Counted from the first letter of the stretch, positions 1-9,207 are shown. The stretch is 39,300 nucleotides of DNA from a bacterium (Candidatus Gribaldobacteria) CG10_big_fil_rev_8_21_14_0_10_37_21 (GCA_002773495.1 PFAX01000037.1:1-39300); one strand, 5' to 3'. Notes: generated by a model not told the origin, from the sequence alone. Program-made: numbers and translations.

Positions 1-2983
1 AACAATCAGGTATTGACGAATATTCAGGAAACAAAGCTGGGTGGCTTTCTCTGTAATCCTGAATCTTTTCCGAGACCGCCCCACTCGTGTATTTCGTTAC
101 TAAATCGCTCACATATTTTTTAGTATACTGGGCTATCTTCCCCCTCAAACCCTCAACACAACACTGCCCAGCTGTCCCTGAAGATTTAAACATCTCTCCT
201 TTATAACAGCCATTGTCATGCCCTCCTCCACTAGGAATACCAGGGCCAACACAATGCCCCGACCCATCGCACCCCCCAGAAATATTATTCTTTTTACAAG
301 GAGTTGTTAGTTGTTCAAAGGTTATATCACAATCGCTCCAGTTTTTAATTGGGTCTCCATTTTTGTTGATTGTTCTACAACAACCATTTATCCTACAAGC
401 CACAGCTTTGTCTATTGAGCTTACAAAATCAAGGATTGTGCCTAACAAAGGCACATCAGTTAGTTTTGTTTCCATGACTTTGTCAAGTTTAGTCATTTTA
501 CTAACTGAAGTAGTTAAGGCCCCATTTAAAATAGCGTCATAGTATTTAACGGTTTGCGTGTCTAAATGATTTTTAAATTCTTCGTCTAACTTATCTTTAA
601 GTCGGCCGGTTAAAAAGTCCTTAAACTCACCTGAATTTGATAATAAATCTATAATCGGAGAGTTAATAGTTTTAAGCAATGTCTTTGAAATATAGTCAGG
701 CGACAGGTTGTTCTTCTTGCACTCTTTAAATTCTGCGAAGCATGGGTCGCCTGTTTCTTTAAGACAACTTTCAAAAGCACTCATGCTCATATTTTTAACG
801 CATTTGCCATTCTCAAACCCGCAGGCCTTTATATTCTGGCCACCACAACTACCAACGCAACCAGCGATAACCCTGTCTTTTAGGTCGTCCCCGTAGCCCT
901 CTGCAACATTTTCAGAGGCCAAGTCAGCTAAGGCCGGGATATTCGCAACCAAGGAAGCAATTAGGCGGTCAGCTGACCCATTAGAGATGGCTGTATGCAA
1001 GATAGCGTCAATTTGCTCACGGGAGACCTGATAATTGGCTTTGCCAAACGCACTTGACAAACACTCTTGGAAAAACCCTTCAATTCGCTCTAACGATAAA
1101 TCAGTTAAAACCGAGAATAAACTTGCTCGGCTTGATTCTCTATAAACAAACTGGTTATGCTCTAAAACCGCTTGGTCAAAAACATCCCCTTCCATTGCTA
1201 GATAAAAATTACCCGCATCATAAAAAGTAAAACTAAAGGCCATAGTCGGCTTAACAAATAGATCAAAGAGCCCTTCCCAAAAACTTTTGTTGTTTAAAGT
1301 GGTTATCGGTAGAGGGATGGTAGAATAGGCAGTATTGCTAAACTTTTCTGGGGTTTCAACTACTAAAGAATACGCACTAGGCAAGTTTTGGCTAAAAGGC
1401 GTAAACTCGTTTTCAAACATTCTACCTTGCGGATGAGCATTTCTTAACAAAAAGGCCATTGAATTATTAACTAAAACCTTGCCCAAGGGCTCAACTTGCT
1501 CTATAACAAACTTAGCTTTAAGCCCTTCAAGGTCAGCTAAGGCCGATTGAAGCTCCATCCGTTTGGCTCTGATAAACCTTTTTGGCTCAACATTTACTTT
1601 CAAATAATCACAAACCGATAAAGGAACAATCTTTTTATCCTCGTCTTTTATTTCATAAGCGATATTCGGATTAAACATTGTCGCGTCGCCAGCCAAGGGC
1701 TCAATTTTATAATAACCCCAAAATTCATTTCCTTCTTGGCATTGGCTCGGCAAGGTCGGTCTATAGGGTTCTGCTTCCCAAGCCCGAACATTTTTAACTT
1801 CATTAGTTGTTGGGTCAATAATTGAAACAACTCTCACCCTTACCTCTCTTATATCGCACGAAGGCGCGCCATTGCTTAAACGGCTTTCCCCACAGTCCTG
1901 GCATTGAAGCCCGCAAATGTCTTGGCTGGTTGCCTCTGCTGGTTCAACGCCTAAATCCGTCCAGTATTGTCGTGCTCCTACAATATCCAAGCCCCCGACA
2001 CACTCGCCATAATAGCCACTGATTGTTTCTTTTGTTCCGTCATCTTTCTCAGTTTCTTTGGTTTCCCAATGCCATTCGTCATGATACTTGCCATCCCCGC
2101 ACTTGCAATCCCGCATAATATCCAGCAAGCCAAAGTCCTCTTTTCCTGGCGGGGTATCGCCTGCGATATCGCCTTCAATAACCTTGATTACCTTATTTAA
2201 AGCCAACTCGGCTTGTCTTAAATAAAGTTCTGATTTAAAAATTTCATCTACAGCTATGCCCGAGCTGTCAGCTAAGGCCGTCAATGGTTGAAATGCCCCG
2301 AAAAGAAACCCAAAAAGTTTATTTTCTTTTAAGCTCCTTTTAAAAGCTAAATAAGCGTTACCTTGGGCTGTTGTTTGGCTGGCTTGCTCTATCTCTTGAT
2401 AGTTATTGTCATAGTCGCCAACGCCATTAACCGCTTTTTTAAGGGTTGTGCCAACAGAGGCAACCGCCACTTGTGCTTCTAATAAAGGGTTAAGCTTGTA
2501 AAGCACAACTTTATTGGCGTCTTCATCAGCATTGGTCAAATTAGCTGGGGTGGGGGCTGTTTTTGGTAAGTTCCAGTTGAATAAAACCAATTGGGGGTTA
2601 ATCACAAGTAAAATTAAAAAAGCAAAGGCCAAAATGGCTAAGCCCAAAAACCCGTTTTTCGCCATTTCTTGGGCCTTTATGGCCAAACCCACATTGCCAG
2701 CCGAAGCCATTCTTAAAAAGCCAGCTACAATTAAAACAACCAAACACACCCCTAAAACAAGATAGAAAACAAGCCGGGTTAAGTAGGTTATCAGCTCGCC
2801 CAACCCCTTTTCTGCTTGGGGTTGATTAATAATTTCTTCAACTGTTTTATCAATTCCGGGTACCTTTGGGTAGGTCTGCTCTAACTGTAAGTCAGCGGCA
2901 AAACACCCTTTAAAAACAAGTAAAAAACCAACAGCTAAAAACGCTATTTTTAAAAGTTTATATTTTCTTTTTTTACTTTTCAT
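1..2983 (-). CDS. Giant exported/membrane protein, partial (at least 994 aa; C-terminus runs off the window start). N-terminal signal peptide plus T4SS-pilin-like (TrbC/VirB2-type, CPR pilin) two-TM module, then a Cys-rich C-terminal region
   Basis: ATG at 2981-2983 with a GGGGG SD-like run about 6 nt upstream. Translated by hand, the frame (codon top coordinate = 1 mod 3) stays open down to position 1, so it is absent from the complete-ORF track. N-terminus MKSKKRKYKLLKIAFLAVGFLLVF, then YPKVPGI...LITYLTRLVFYLVLGVCLVVLIVAGFLRMASAGNVGLAIKAQEMAKNGFLGLAILAFAFLILLVINPQLV. Later CxxC/CC-rich segments (CKCGDGKYHDEW, CGLQCQDCGESR, GCVGSCGGQNIKACGFENGKC, INGCCR). The + strand ORFs 213-542, 708-896, 1822-2200 and 2514-2765 are antisense shadows. 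Confidence 0.7.
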   Translation of the reverse strand, partial: MKSKKRKYKLLKIAFLAVGFLLVFKGCFAADLQLEQTYPKVPGIDKTVEEIINQPQAEKGLGELITYLTRLVFYLVLGVCLVVLIVAGFLRMASAGNVGLAIKAQEMAKNGFLGLAILAFAFLILLVINPQLVLFNWNLPKTAPTPANLTNADEDANKVVLYKLNPLLEAQVAVASVGTTLKKAVNGVGDYDNNYQEIEQASQTTAQGNAYLAFKRSLKENKLFGFLFGAFQPLTALADSSGIAVDEIFKSELYLRQAELALNKVIKVIEGDIAGDTPPGKEDFGLLDIMRDCKCGDGKYHDEWHWETKETEKDDGTKETISGYYGECVGGLDIVGARQYWTDLGVEPAEATSQDICGLQCQDCGESRLSNGAPSCDIREVRVRVVSIIDPTTNEVKNVRAWEAEPYRPTLPSQCQEGNEFWGYYKIEPLAGDATMFNPNIAYEIKDEDKKIVPLSVCDYLKVNVEPKRFIRAKRMELQSALADLEGLKAKFVIEQVEPLGKVLVNNSMAFLLRNAHPQGRMFENEFTPFSQNLPSAYSLVVETPEKFSNTAYSTIPLPITTLNNKSFWEGLFDLFVKPTMAFSFTFYDAGNFYLAMEGDVFDQAVLEHNQFVYRESSRASLFSVLTDLSLERIEGFFQECLSSAFGKANYQVSREQIDAILHTAISNGSADRLIASLVANIPALADLASENVAEGYGDDLKDRVIAGCVGSCGGQNIKACGFENGKCVKNMSMSAFESCLKETGDPCFAEFKECKKNNLSPDYISKTLLKTINSPIIDLLSNSGEFKDFLTGRLKDKLDEEFKNHLDTQTVKYYDAILNGALTTSVSKMTKLDKVMETKLTDVPLLGTILDFVSSIDKAVACRINGCCRTINKNGDPIKNWSDCDITFEQLTTPCKKNNISGGCDGSGHCVGPGIPSGGGHDNGCYKGEMFKSSGTAGQCCVEGLRGKIAQYTKKYVSDLVTKYTSGAVSEKIQDYRESHPALFPEYSSIPDC

Positions 2984-3066
2984 ATTGACCCCCAAGGTCT
3001 TATTTTTTAATAGTGTCGGACACATATCAGACTATCAACAGGCACTAGTCTGACACAGAAATCCCT

Positions 3067-4206
3067 TTAATTAGGGCTTAAAAAGTCTAAAAAATTCTTT
3101 GAATTAACCACTGAAAATTTTGAATTAGGATAACTATCCAGCCATTCTTTTGGCGACTTTAGCTGGCTTTCCGCCCATTTTGCCTCATAAGCAAACAGCC
3201 TGCCTTCCCTTTCAACAATTAGATCAATTTCTTTTTGGTCATAAGTTCTCCAAAAGTAAAAATTGGCAGAGTGCCCGCTATTATTCAGGGCCTTCATTTT
3301 TTCAATAACAAAAAAATTTTCAAACAAAACGCCAGCATCGTTTCTCATCTTTAGGGGGTTAAAATTGCGGATTAAGCTGTTTCTTAAACCAAGGTCAATG
3401 AAATAATATTTTGATGTTTTATAAATTTCTTTCCGTAAGTTCCGGCTAAGCCCCCGTAGGTTGACTACAACAAACATTTTTTCCAAAAGATCAAGGTATT
3501 TTTCCACTACCTGCCTTGACAAAGCCAAATTAGCGGCTAATTCTGCCACAGAAACCTCTTGACCAATTTGCAAGGCAAGTAATGACAATAAATCAACAAC
3601 TTTTTTTGGCTTTCTGATTTTTTCCAAAGACAAAACATCTCTATATAAATAATTGTTCACCAAATCATACAGATATTTTTCCTTCTCGTCTTCGCCAATA
3701 AGAGTAAGCACTTTGGGATACATCCCAAACCTCAAAAACTCTTCCAATCTTTGATTAAGGGAAAGATCTGGCAATTGCGGTTTTAATTCGCCAACAGCAA
3801 TGGGATACAAAAAGAAAGTAGCGGACCGTCCGGTCAAAGGTTCATTGATTTGATTGGCCAATTCAAAAGACGCAGATCCGGAAACAATAATTTTAATCTT
3901 TAAGCTGTCAAATAACAATTTAAGATTTAGGCCAATATTAGCAACCCTTTGAGCCTCGTCAATAATAAGATACTTTTTTTCGCCAACGGCCTTCTTAAGG
4001 GTGTCTAAATTAGACGAACTAAAAATTTCTTGGGTTCTAATGTCGTCGCCATTAAAAAAAGCGATTTCGCTCTGCTTAATTTCGGGCAAAAGCAAATCAA
4101 GCAAGGTTGTTTTACCAGCTTGTCTTGGACCATAAAGCACAATGATTTTGGGCTCTTTTGCCAATGATTTCTTAATAATTGAAACTATATTTCTATCAAT
4201 TAGCAT
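3067..4206 (-). CDS. AAA+ ATPase of the COG1373 type (AAA_14 plus DUF4143-like C-terminal domain)
   Basis: 379-aa ORF with an ATG start. Walker A LYGPRQAGKTTLL and Walker B YLIIDEAQRV. The C-terminal half (YFIDLGLRN...FENFVI...FWRT..KEIDLI) has the usual DUF4143 / restriction-endonuclease-like layout. It has its own consensus promoter. Confidence 0.8.
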   Translation of the reverse strand: MLIDRNIVSIIKKSLAKEPKIIVLYGPRQAGKTTLLDLLLPEIKQSEIAFFNGDDIRTQEIFSSSNLDTLKKAVGEKKYLIIDEAQRVANIGLNLKLLFDSLKIKIIVSGSASFELANQINEPLTGRSATFFLYPIAVGELKPQLPDLSLNQRLEEFLRFGMYPKVLTLIGEDEKEKYLYDLVNNYLYRDVLSLEKIRKPKKVVDLLSLLALQIGQEVSVAELAANLALSRQVVEKYLDLLEKMFVVVNLRGLSRNLRKEIYKTSKYYFIDLGLRNSLIRNFNPLKMRNDAGVLFENFFVIEKMKALNNSGHSANFYFWRTYDQKEIDLIVEREGRLFAYEAKWAESQLKSPKEWLDSYPNSKFSVVNSKNFLDFLSPN

Positions 4207-4236
4207 AAATTATGTAAACTATACTTTACACTATTT

Positions 4237-4266
4237 ATTATATTCTACCAAACCCCTTTTTGTCAA
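4237..4266 (-). promoter_or_regulatory. Sigma70-type promoter for the AAA+ ATPase gene: TTGACA, 18-nt spacer, TATAAT
   Basis: On the minus strand TTGACA lies at 4261-4266 and TATAAT at 4237-4242, about 30 nt upstream of the ATG at 4206. It sits just downstream of the VirB4 stop codon. Confidence 0.55.
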
Positions 4267-4317
4267 GGGCAATAAATTACTCTTTGTTGAATAAGTTCGC
4301 GATCGTAGATTTATTAT

Positions 4318-7300
4318 TTATTGTATGCCTTGTTGTTCTTCTTTGAGGCGACGTTTAGCTTCTTTAATTTTCTGAATTTCTTCAGGCGAACTGGTGATAA
4401 ATTGGTCTTCGGTATAAGAAGCAATCGCTTTTAGGGCAACGCGCTTTTGCCCTGCGATAAAAACACCTTCCCCAACCTCGCATTGTAAAAGCGTCATTTT
4501 TTCTTGTTCAGTTAAATTAAAAGTTTTTTGGACAACATCAATCGTGGCTGAGGATTGTTTTAATAAAAACTGCAAAGACGAGTTAGTAATAATGGGCTTG
4601 CCATATTCTGATTGCATAAAGTCAGAAACATCTTGCGTTACAGTTGTTACCCCAAGCCAGTATTTACGAGCCCTTTTACAAATACCATAAAGAAAGGAAG
4701 CCCCGTCGTCTTCTTGCATAATCCACCAGGCCTCATCAACTAACAAAATCCTCTTCTTTAAACTTGACCTAACTTGGTTCCAGATATATCTTAAAATTAT
4801 AAACATGGCCATGGGGCGCAGTTCGTCTTCCATATCTCTAATCCCAAAAACAGTAAAGTCATTTCCCATTTCAATATTTGACTTATTGTTAAAAAATGAG
4901 GCATACGAGCCCTTAGTAAACTTTCTTAAACGTTCAACTAATGATTCGGCCCTATCCATGCCACTTAAAACTGTTTCAAAGTCAGACATTATCGGTGTTC
5001 TTTCTTTCCAATTAGCTGGGTCGCTTTTTTCGGTGATATCTTTCATAGCGTACACTTCAGTTATGGCCTGATCAACAATGGCATCCTCTTCTGGGGTTAG
5101 GCCCCCTAACATAATCCTAACCAAACCAACTAAGTTAATTACACTGCCTCTTAAAATATCAGCTGGGTCTTCGTCTTCTTGAGGCACTGGTAAGTCAAAA
5201 GGGTTAAGATGGGTAGGTGAGTTCAAAGATATTTTAAAGAAAGAGCCCCCGACTGCCTCGCTTAAATACTGGTACTCGTTTTCTGGGTCAATAATAATAA
5301 CAGCCACCCCCTGCATTAAATACCTCAACACTTCTAACTTGCAAAAATAAGAATTATGGATAAACATGCCACCCTTGCCTGCTAAAAAGACGCTATTTTC
5401 ACAGGTTAAATCATAAACATATTCATCTGTTTTATTTGCTATTTTTTCAACTTTAACGATTGGGTCCCAGAAAAGATCTGCATTAGCTAAAACCTTTAAC
5501 TGCTCTAACTTTTCTCTGACCTTTGGGATATTATTGAGAAGAATTTTTTCATATCTTTGCCAAACAAGAGAAGCTGCCTCTTGAAGCATTTTGTAATTAG
5601 TGTTGCTTGCAACCCTTCCAACTAACGCTACTTGTAAAGAAGGGCTAAAATGTTTTACTTCTAAATCAGTTTCTTTAAATCCAGAATAAATAGCTTGCTT
5701 TAATTCTTTTAAATCATATTGTTGGCCTAAAACTGTTTGAATAATTTTAGAAGCATTTTTAAACCTAGGCCTTACTCCTCTATATTTAACGACATGCCAG
5801 CTACGACCGAGTTCTTGCCAAAGCTTTTTGTTTAGTTCTTTGTCTTCTTTTCCTAAATTAATTATATAAGCCAATGAGGGTAGCTGGGCTAAAACTCTAT
5901 ATATAGAAGCTTTGTCTTGAAACCGTTCAATTCTTTCTTCAATAATGCCTACCATTTCCCTAATTTTTACCTGAGAGGGCCTATAATGCCCCCGTTTTAT
6001 ATTAGAAATATCTTGAATACAGTGAAGCCCGCAACTAAATAAATCGTAAATTTCTTTAAAAATTAAATTAACGCCCGGGATAAAATCTACATTCGTATTG
6101 CCTGTTTTATTAACAATGTTTAAAAGTGCTTTTTTCTTTCTTTTTGAAATAAAATTAACTTCTCGTTGGAACTTTTGAAGGTTATCTTGGCCTGAGATAG
6201 AAAGTTTCCAATATACCTTTTTCTCTTCCCAATTAGCATTTGTTGCCCTTTTCTTAGTTTTATGAATTCTTGAAACAATCCCAAAAGAATAAAGCAAGTA
6301 AGAAATATCAGAAATTAACTTTTCTGATTTTGAGGTTGCCGTAACTTCTCTATTATTTTCTACCCCTCCATCACCCTCAAAGTAAGCAGTGAGATATTGA
6401 GCAATTTGTTCTTTATTTAAGTTAAAGATAAACGGCCAAACCCTTTTCCCCTCTGACTTTTCCTTGCTCCCCAATTTTTTAACTACTTCAGTAAAACTTC
6501 CCAAAAGCGTATAAAAACCTCTTAACTCTTTACTCTTTCCTTTCATTTCAGAAAACCTAACCCCCAAGCAAGACAAATCGCGCCTGATAAAATCAAGGAC
6601 ATCTTTTTCTGTGTTGCTAATCATCACTCTTTTATCTAAAATAGTACCTTCAGCTGTAATAATACCAGCCAATCTTAAAAACTCTGGACTATTAACAACT
6701 AAACCTTTTGACTTTAAGGGTTTTTTATTTTCTTGGGTGTTCCAAGCTATTCTTCGTGGCAAGGGGATGTATTCGCCCGCCTTAACTTCATCGCCCCTCA
6801 AAAGCTCTATTTTGCCTTGCCTTAAAGCAACTAAATTATGATCGCCAGTTGTTTCAATCTCTCTACCGCTTTTAGTTTTAAATTTATAAAAAACATCAGG
6901 CGCTTTTTTACGAGCAGCAATTTTAACCTCGCCCCAGCTCCCTTTCATTTTTTCATCAAATGTCCAAACCTTAAGCCCGGGGAATGTCTTACCCTCTAAA
7001 TCTTCATCCCTAAAATCAATGCCTTGTTTTTTGATAATTTCTTCAATAAGGGTGCCTATTTTTGTAAGCTTAACTTCGTTTTTATATTTTACTAAAGTTT
7101 CTGTTTTAAAGCTTACGCTTTTACCCGAACCACTCTTAGCAAAAACAACAAGATTGCCGTTCTCTAAAGAAAAGCGGTCAAATAAAACTAAAGAGTTATT
7201 GTGCAGGTTTAAGCCATATAAAATGCCTTCATTGGCTGACAAGTCGGGCGAAACAAAGGGAAAAATACTGCTTAAAGGGGCAGTGTTCATTGGGGTATGC

Positions 7301-7893
7301 ACCATTAACTGATCTAAGGCGTAAGGCATAGTTGAAATAAAGCCCTCTTTTTCTCTAATTAAGGCCGGTTTAAGATAAATCAGCCGACCCTCTAACATTG
7401 ACCTTAACATTGTCTCAACTTCTCTTAGTTGTTTGTCGTTGTCAGCATAAATTGTGATATAAAGGCCCAATCTGAAAACCCGCTCTCTAGCTGTTTGCAA
7501 CTCGTCTCTTAAGCGCTCAATATCTTCATAGGCGGTTTCAAGGGCCGGGTCTCGAACATAGCCCTTGTCTTCTCTCTCGGCAATTTCGGCTTGGACATCA
7601 GTAATTTTCTTTCTTAACTTTTTTAAAATCTCCCCCGAATCAGCTGGGTGGATATGCATTGAAACATCGAGGGGGGTATTAACATTAATTACGGGGCTTA
7701 ACCAGCCCGTTGACAAATACCTTGGATAGGAAAAAACAAAAAATGATTTAGCCAACCTTTCGCCCAACGAAAGATAGCTCTGCTTTATTTCAATTAAAGC
7801 AGGGGCTATTATATCGGCTATTTCAATTTCTTGAGGATTTAACTCTAATTCCTCTCTTGTTTCTTGTTTGTCTTTTTGTTTGAATAAACCCAT
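4318..7893 (-). CDS. virB4: VirB4/PrgJ/TrsE-like type IV secretion ATPase precursor interrupted by an intein (602-aa extein plus 589-aa intein)
   Basis: N-domain IAPALIEIKQSYLSLGERLAKSFFVFSYPRYLSTGWLSPV...DVSMHIHP is typical of the VirB4 N-terminus. Walker A AKSGSGK|S is split by the intein. Walker B RILLVDEAWWIM, followed by RKYWLGVTTVTQDVSDF. Confidence 0.85.
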   Translation of the reverse strand: MGLFKQKDKQETREELELNPQEIEIADIIAPALIEIKQSYLSLGERLAKSFFVFSYPRYLSTGWLSPVINVNTPLDVSMHIHPADSGEILKKLRKKITDVQAEIAEREDKGYVRDPALETAYEDIERLRDELQTARERVFRLGLYITIYADNDKQLREVETMLRSMLEGRLIYLKPALIREKEGFISTMPYALDQLMVHTPMNTAPLSSIFPFVSPDLSANEGILYGLNLHNNSLVLFDRFSLENGNLVVFAKSGSGKSVSFKTETLVKYKNEVKLTKIGTLIEEIIKKQGIDFRDEDLEGKTFPGLKVWTFDEKMKGSWGEVKIAARKKAPDVFYKFKTKSGREIETTGDHNLVALRQGKIELLRGDEVKAGEYIPLPRRIAWNTQENKKPLKSKGLVVNSPEFLRLAGIITAEGTILDKRVMISNTEKDVLDFIRRDLSCLGVRFSEMKGKSKELRGFYTLLGSFTEVVKKLGSKEKSEGKRVWPFIFNLNKEQIAQYLTAYFEGDGGVENNREVTATSKSEKLISDISYLLYSFGIVSRIHKTKKRATNANWEEKKVYWKLSISGQDNLQKFQREVNFISKRKKKALLNIVNKTGNTNVDFIPGVNLIFKEIYDLFSCGLHCIQDISNIKRGHYRPSQVKIREMVGIIEERIERFQDKASIYRVLAQLPSLAYIINLGKEDKELNKKLWQELGRSWHVVKYRGVRPRFKNASKIIQTVLGQQYDLKELKQAIYSGFKETDLEVKHFSPSLQVALVGRVASNTNYKMLQEAASLVWQRYEKILLNNIPKVREKLEQLKVLANADLFWDPIVKVEKIANKTDEYVYDLTCENSVFLAGKGGMFIHNSYFCKLEVLRYLMQGVAVIIIDPENEYQYLSEAVGGSFFKISLNSPTHLNPFDLPVPQEDEDPADILRGSVINLVGLVRIMLGGLTPEEDAIVDQAITEVYAMKDITEKSDPANWKERTPIMSDFETVLSGMDRAESLVERLRKFTKGSYASFFNNKSNIEMGNDFTVFGIRDMEDELRPMAMFIILRYIWNQVRSSLKKRILLVDEAWWIMQEDDGASFLYGICKRARKYWLGVTTVTQDVSDFMQSEYGKPIITNSSLQFLLKQSSATIDVVQKTFNLTEQEKMTLLQCEVGEGVFIAGQKRVALKAIASYTEDQFITSSPEEIQKIKEAKRRLKEEQQGIQ
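5353..7119 (-). mobile_element. Intein with a LAGLIDADG homing-endonuclease domain (residues S259-N847 of the VirB4 ORF), inserted in the P-loop
   Basis: Block A-like SVSFKTETLV begins directly after GSGK. Block B is ETTGDHNLV. LAGLIDADG motifs are LAGIITAEGT and LTAYFEGDGGV. The C-terminal splicing block is VYDLTCENSVFLAGKGGMFIHN, followed by +1 Ser (SYFCKLEVL). Removing it restores AKSGSGKS. Confidence 0.75.
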
Positions 7894-7941
7894 AATTTAA
7901 TTTTCTTATTTTGCTATTCGCTTTTTGCTTTATGCTTTATG

Positions 7942-8580
7942 CTATTTAACCAATTCGGGCATTATTTCTGGATAATAACCAACTTCCGCTTCTTTAGGAT
8001 GGTGCCAGCTCCACAAAAGCTCTATTAATTCAGGGCTTGTTAAGGGCACGACACTTAAGCCACACCTTTTCAAGCCAATCGCCACAAATTCCATTCTTTG
8101 CAAAAGTTGCTCTTTGCACATTGAAAAATTTTCGTCTGACATTATGGGTTGTTGGGGTTTAAACCCCAAAAGCCCTTTTTTCATTGAAACCTCACCTAAA
8201 GCATAAGGCACCACCACAAAAAACTGCTTGGTCATAATGGTGCCTTCTTCAACTAAGTTTTGAACAAATTTTCTGTATTCAGAAATCTGGGCTTTTAAAA
8301 GGTCATTGGCTTGGGTTTTTTCTAGCTCTTTTAAACGATCAAAGTAGCCCGTAATATTTAGTCGCCTTGATTGGACACAAATTTGGCAAGAAAAATCTAA
8401 AGAATTTAAAAAACTCTGAAACTGATAAATAGTGGCGTTTTGTTCGTCTTCTGATTTTAAATCAAAGTTAATGGAAGATACCATTAAAACGCCTCTTAAG
8501 GCCTTATTTTTTAAAACAATAATCCCATCTTTGATTTGCTTAAATTGTAAAAAATTTTGGCTTGATGTTTGTTGAGACAT
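7942..8580 (-). CDS. Hypothetical T4SS-associated protein (212 aa from ATG; 217 aa if the TTG at 8595 is used). Resembles a free-standing VirB4 N-terminal-type domain
   Basis: Lies between the PrgI-like and VirB4-like genes on the same strand with short gaps. The sequence IKDGIIVLKNKALRGVLMVSSINFDLKSEDEQ...FFVVVPY echoes the N-terminal region of the neighbouring VirB4. The function is inferred. Confidence 0.55.
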   Translation of the reverse strand: MSQQTSSQNFLQFKQIKDGIIVLKNKALRGVLMVSSINFDLKSEDEQNATIYQFQSFLNSLDFSCQICVQSRRLNITGYFDRLKELEKTQANDLLKAQISEYRKFVQNLVEEGTIMTKQFFVVVPYALGEVSMKKGLLGFKPQQPIMSDENFSMCKEQLLQRMEFVAIGLKRCGLSVVPLTSPELIELLWSWHHPKEAEVGYYPEIMPELVK

Positions 8581-8621
8581 GAATTTAATTTTCAATTATC
8601 AATTTTCAAAAAAAAGAAACA

Positions 8622-9038
8622 TTAAATTTCTGTGCTTCTTGTGCCTATTTCAATCCGCGAGCTCATGCTTCGCAAACGGCTTTCTGGGGCTATTTTTAAG
8701 GCCTGGGGGCCTTCGGGCTTGGGCTGAACTCTTTTAACAAAGCGGATTGGGGCGGCTGTTTCTTTTTTTGACCAAGTATAAAGACGGTTTGAAAGCAAAA
8801 AACGAAATAAATAACCAGCTAAATCAGGCAGAGTATTGCCGTTTATTTTAACAAAAGCGCCAGCGATAAAAGCCAAAGTCAAAACAATCGCTATCATCAC
8901 GGTTAAGGCCTTGGGCAAAACATACCATAAAATAAAAATAATAAAGCCCAAAGCCCCCATCACAGCTAACTTTTTAAAGGTTAGCCCAAAAGCGATGGTT
9001 GACTCTCTTTCTAAAAATTTTGGCACTGTAAATTGCAA
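8622..9038 (-). CDS. PrgI-family (VirB3-like) small T4SS membrane protein
   Basis: TTG start (a GTG four codons downstream is an alternative). The N-terminus xQFTVPKFLERESTIAFGLTFKKL is followed by two hydrophobic helices, the usual PrgI/VirB3 layout. It is first in the PrgI / 212-aa / VirB4 gene order. Confidence 0.6.
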   Translation of the reverse strand: MQFTVPKFLERESTIAFGLTFKKLAVMGALGFIIFILWYVLPKALTVMIAIVLTLAFIAGAFVKINGNTLPDLAGYLFRFLLSNRLYTWSKKETAAPIRFVKRVQPKPEGPQALKIAPESRLRSMSSRIEIGTRSTEI

Positions 9039-9060
9039 AATAGTTTGTGGTTATTTTTTT

Positions 9061-9069
9061 ATTATACCA
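9061..9069 (-). promoter_or_regulatory. Extended -10 element (TGgTATAAT) for the T4SS-like operon
   Basis: The minus strand reads tatGGTATAAT about 22 nt upstream of the start at 9038. The -35 region (TTTTTG) is weak. Confidence 0.35.
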
Positions 9070-9128
9070 TAAATAAATACAAACAAAAAAGCTTCCTCTG
9101 GGGAAAACTTTTTCATCTTTAAAAGAAA

Positions 9129-9154
9129 AACAGGACAGAAATGCCTGTTTTTTT
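9129..9154 (-). terminator. Hairpin with flanking U-runs, a possible bidirectional intrinsic terminator after jag
   Basis: AACAGG, 9-nt loop, CCTGTT, followed by T7 on the + strand and TTTCTTTT on the - strand. Confidence 0.4.
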
Positions 9155-9165
9155 ATTTGCTTTTT

Positions 9166-9207
9166 CTACCTGCTACCAACCTGCCTGCCGGCAGGCAGGG
9201 CTACTTA
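9166..9207 (-). repeat. GC-rich palindromic element, copy 1, with a perfect 20-nt palindrome core CCTGCCTGCCGGCAGGCAGG
   Basis: The minus strand reads GAGTAAGTAG-CCCTGCCTGCCGGCAGGCAGG-TTGGTAGCAGGTAG. The jag stop codon TAA (9205-9207) lies inside the AGTAAGTAG flank. Confidence 0.8.
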
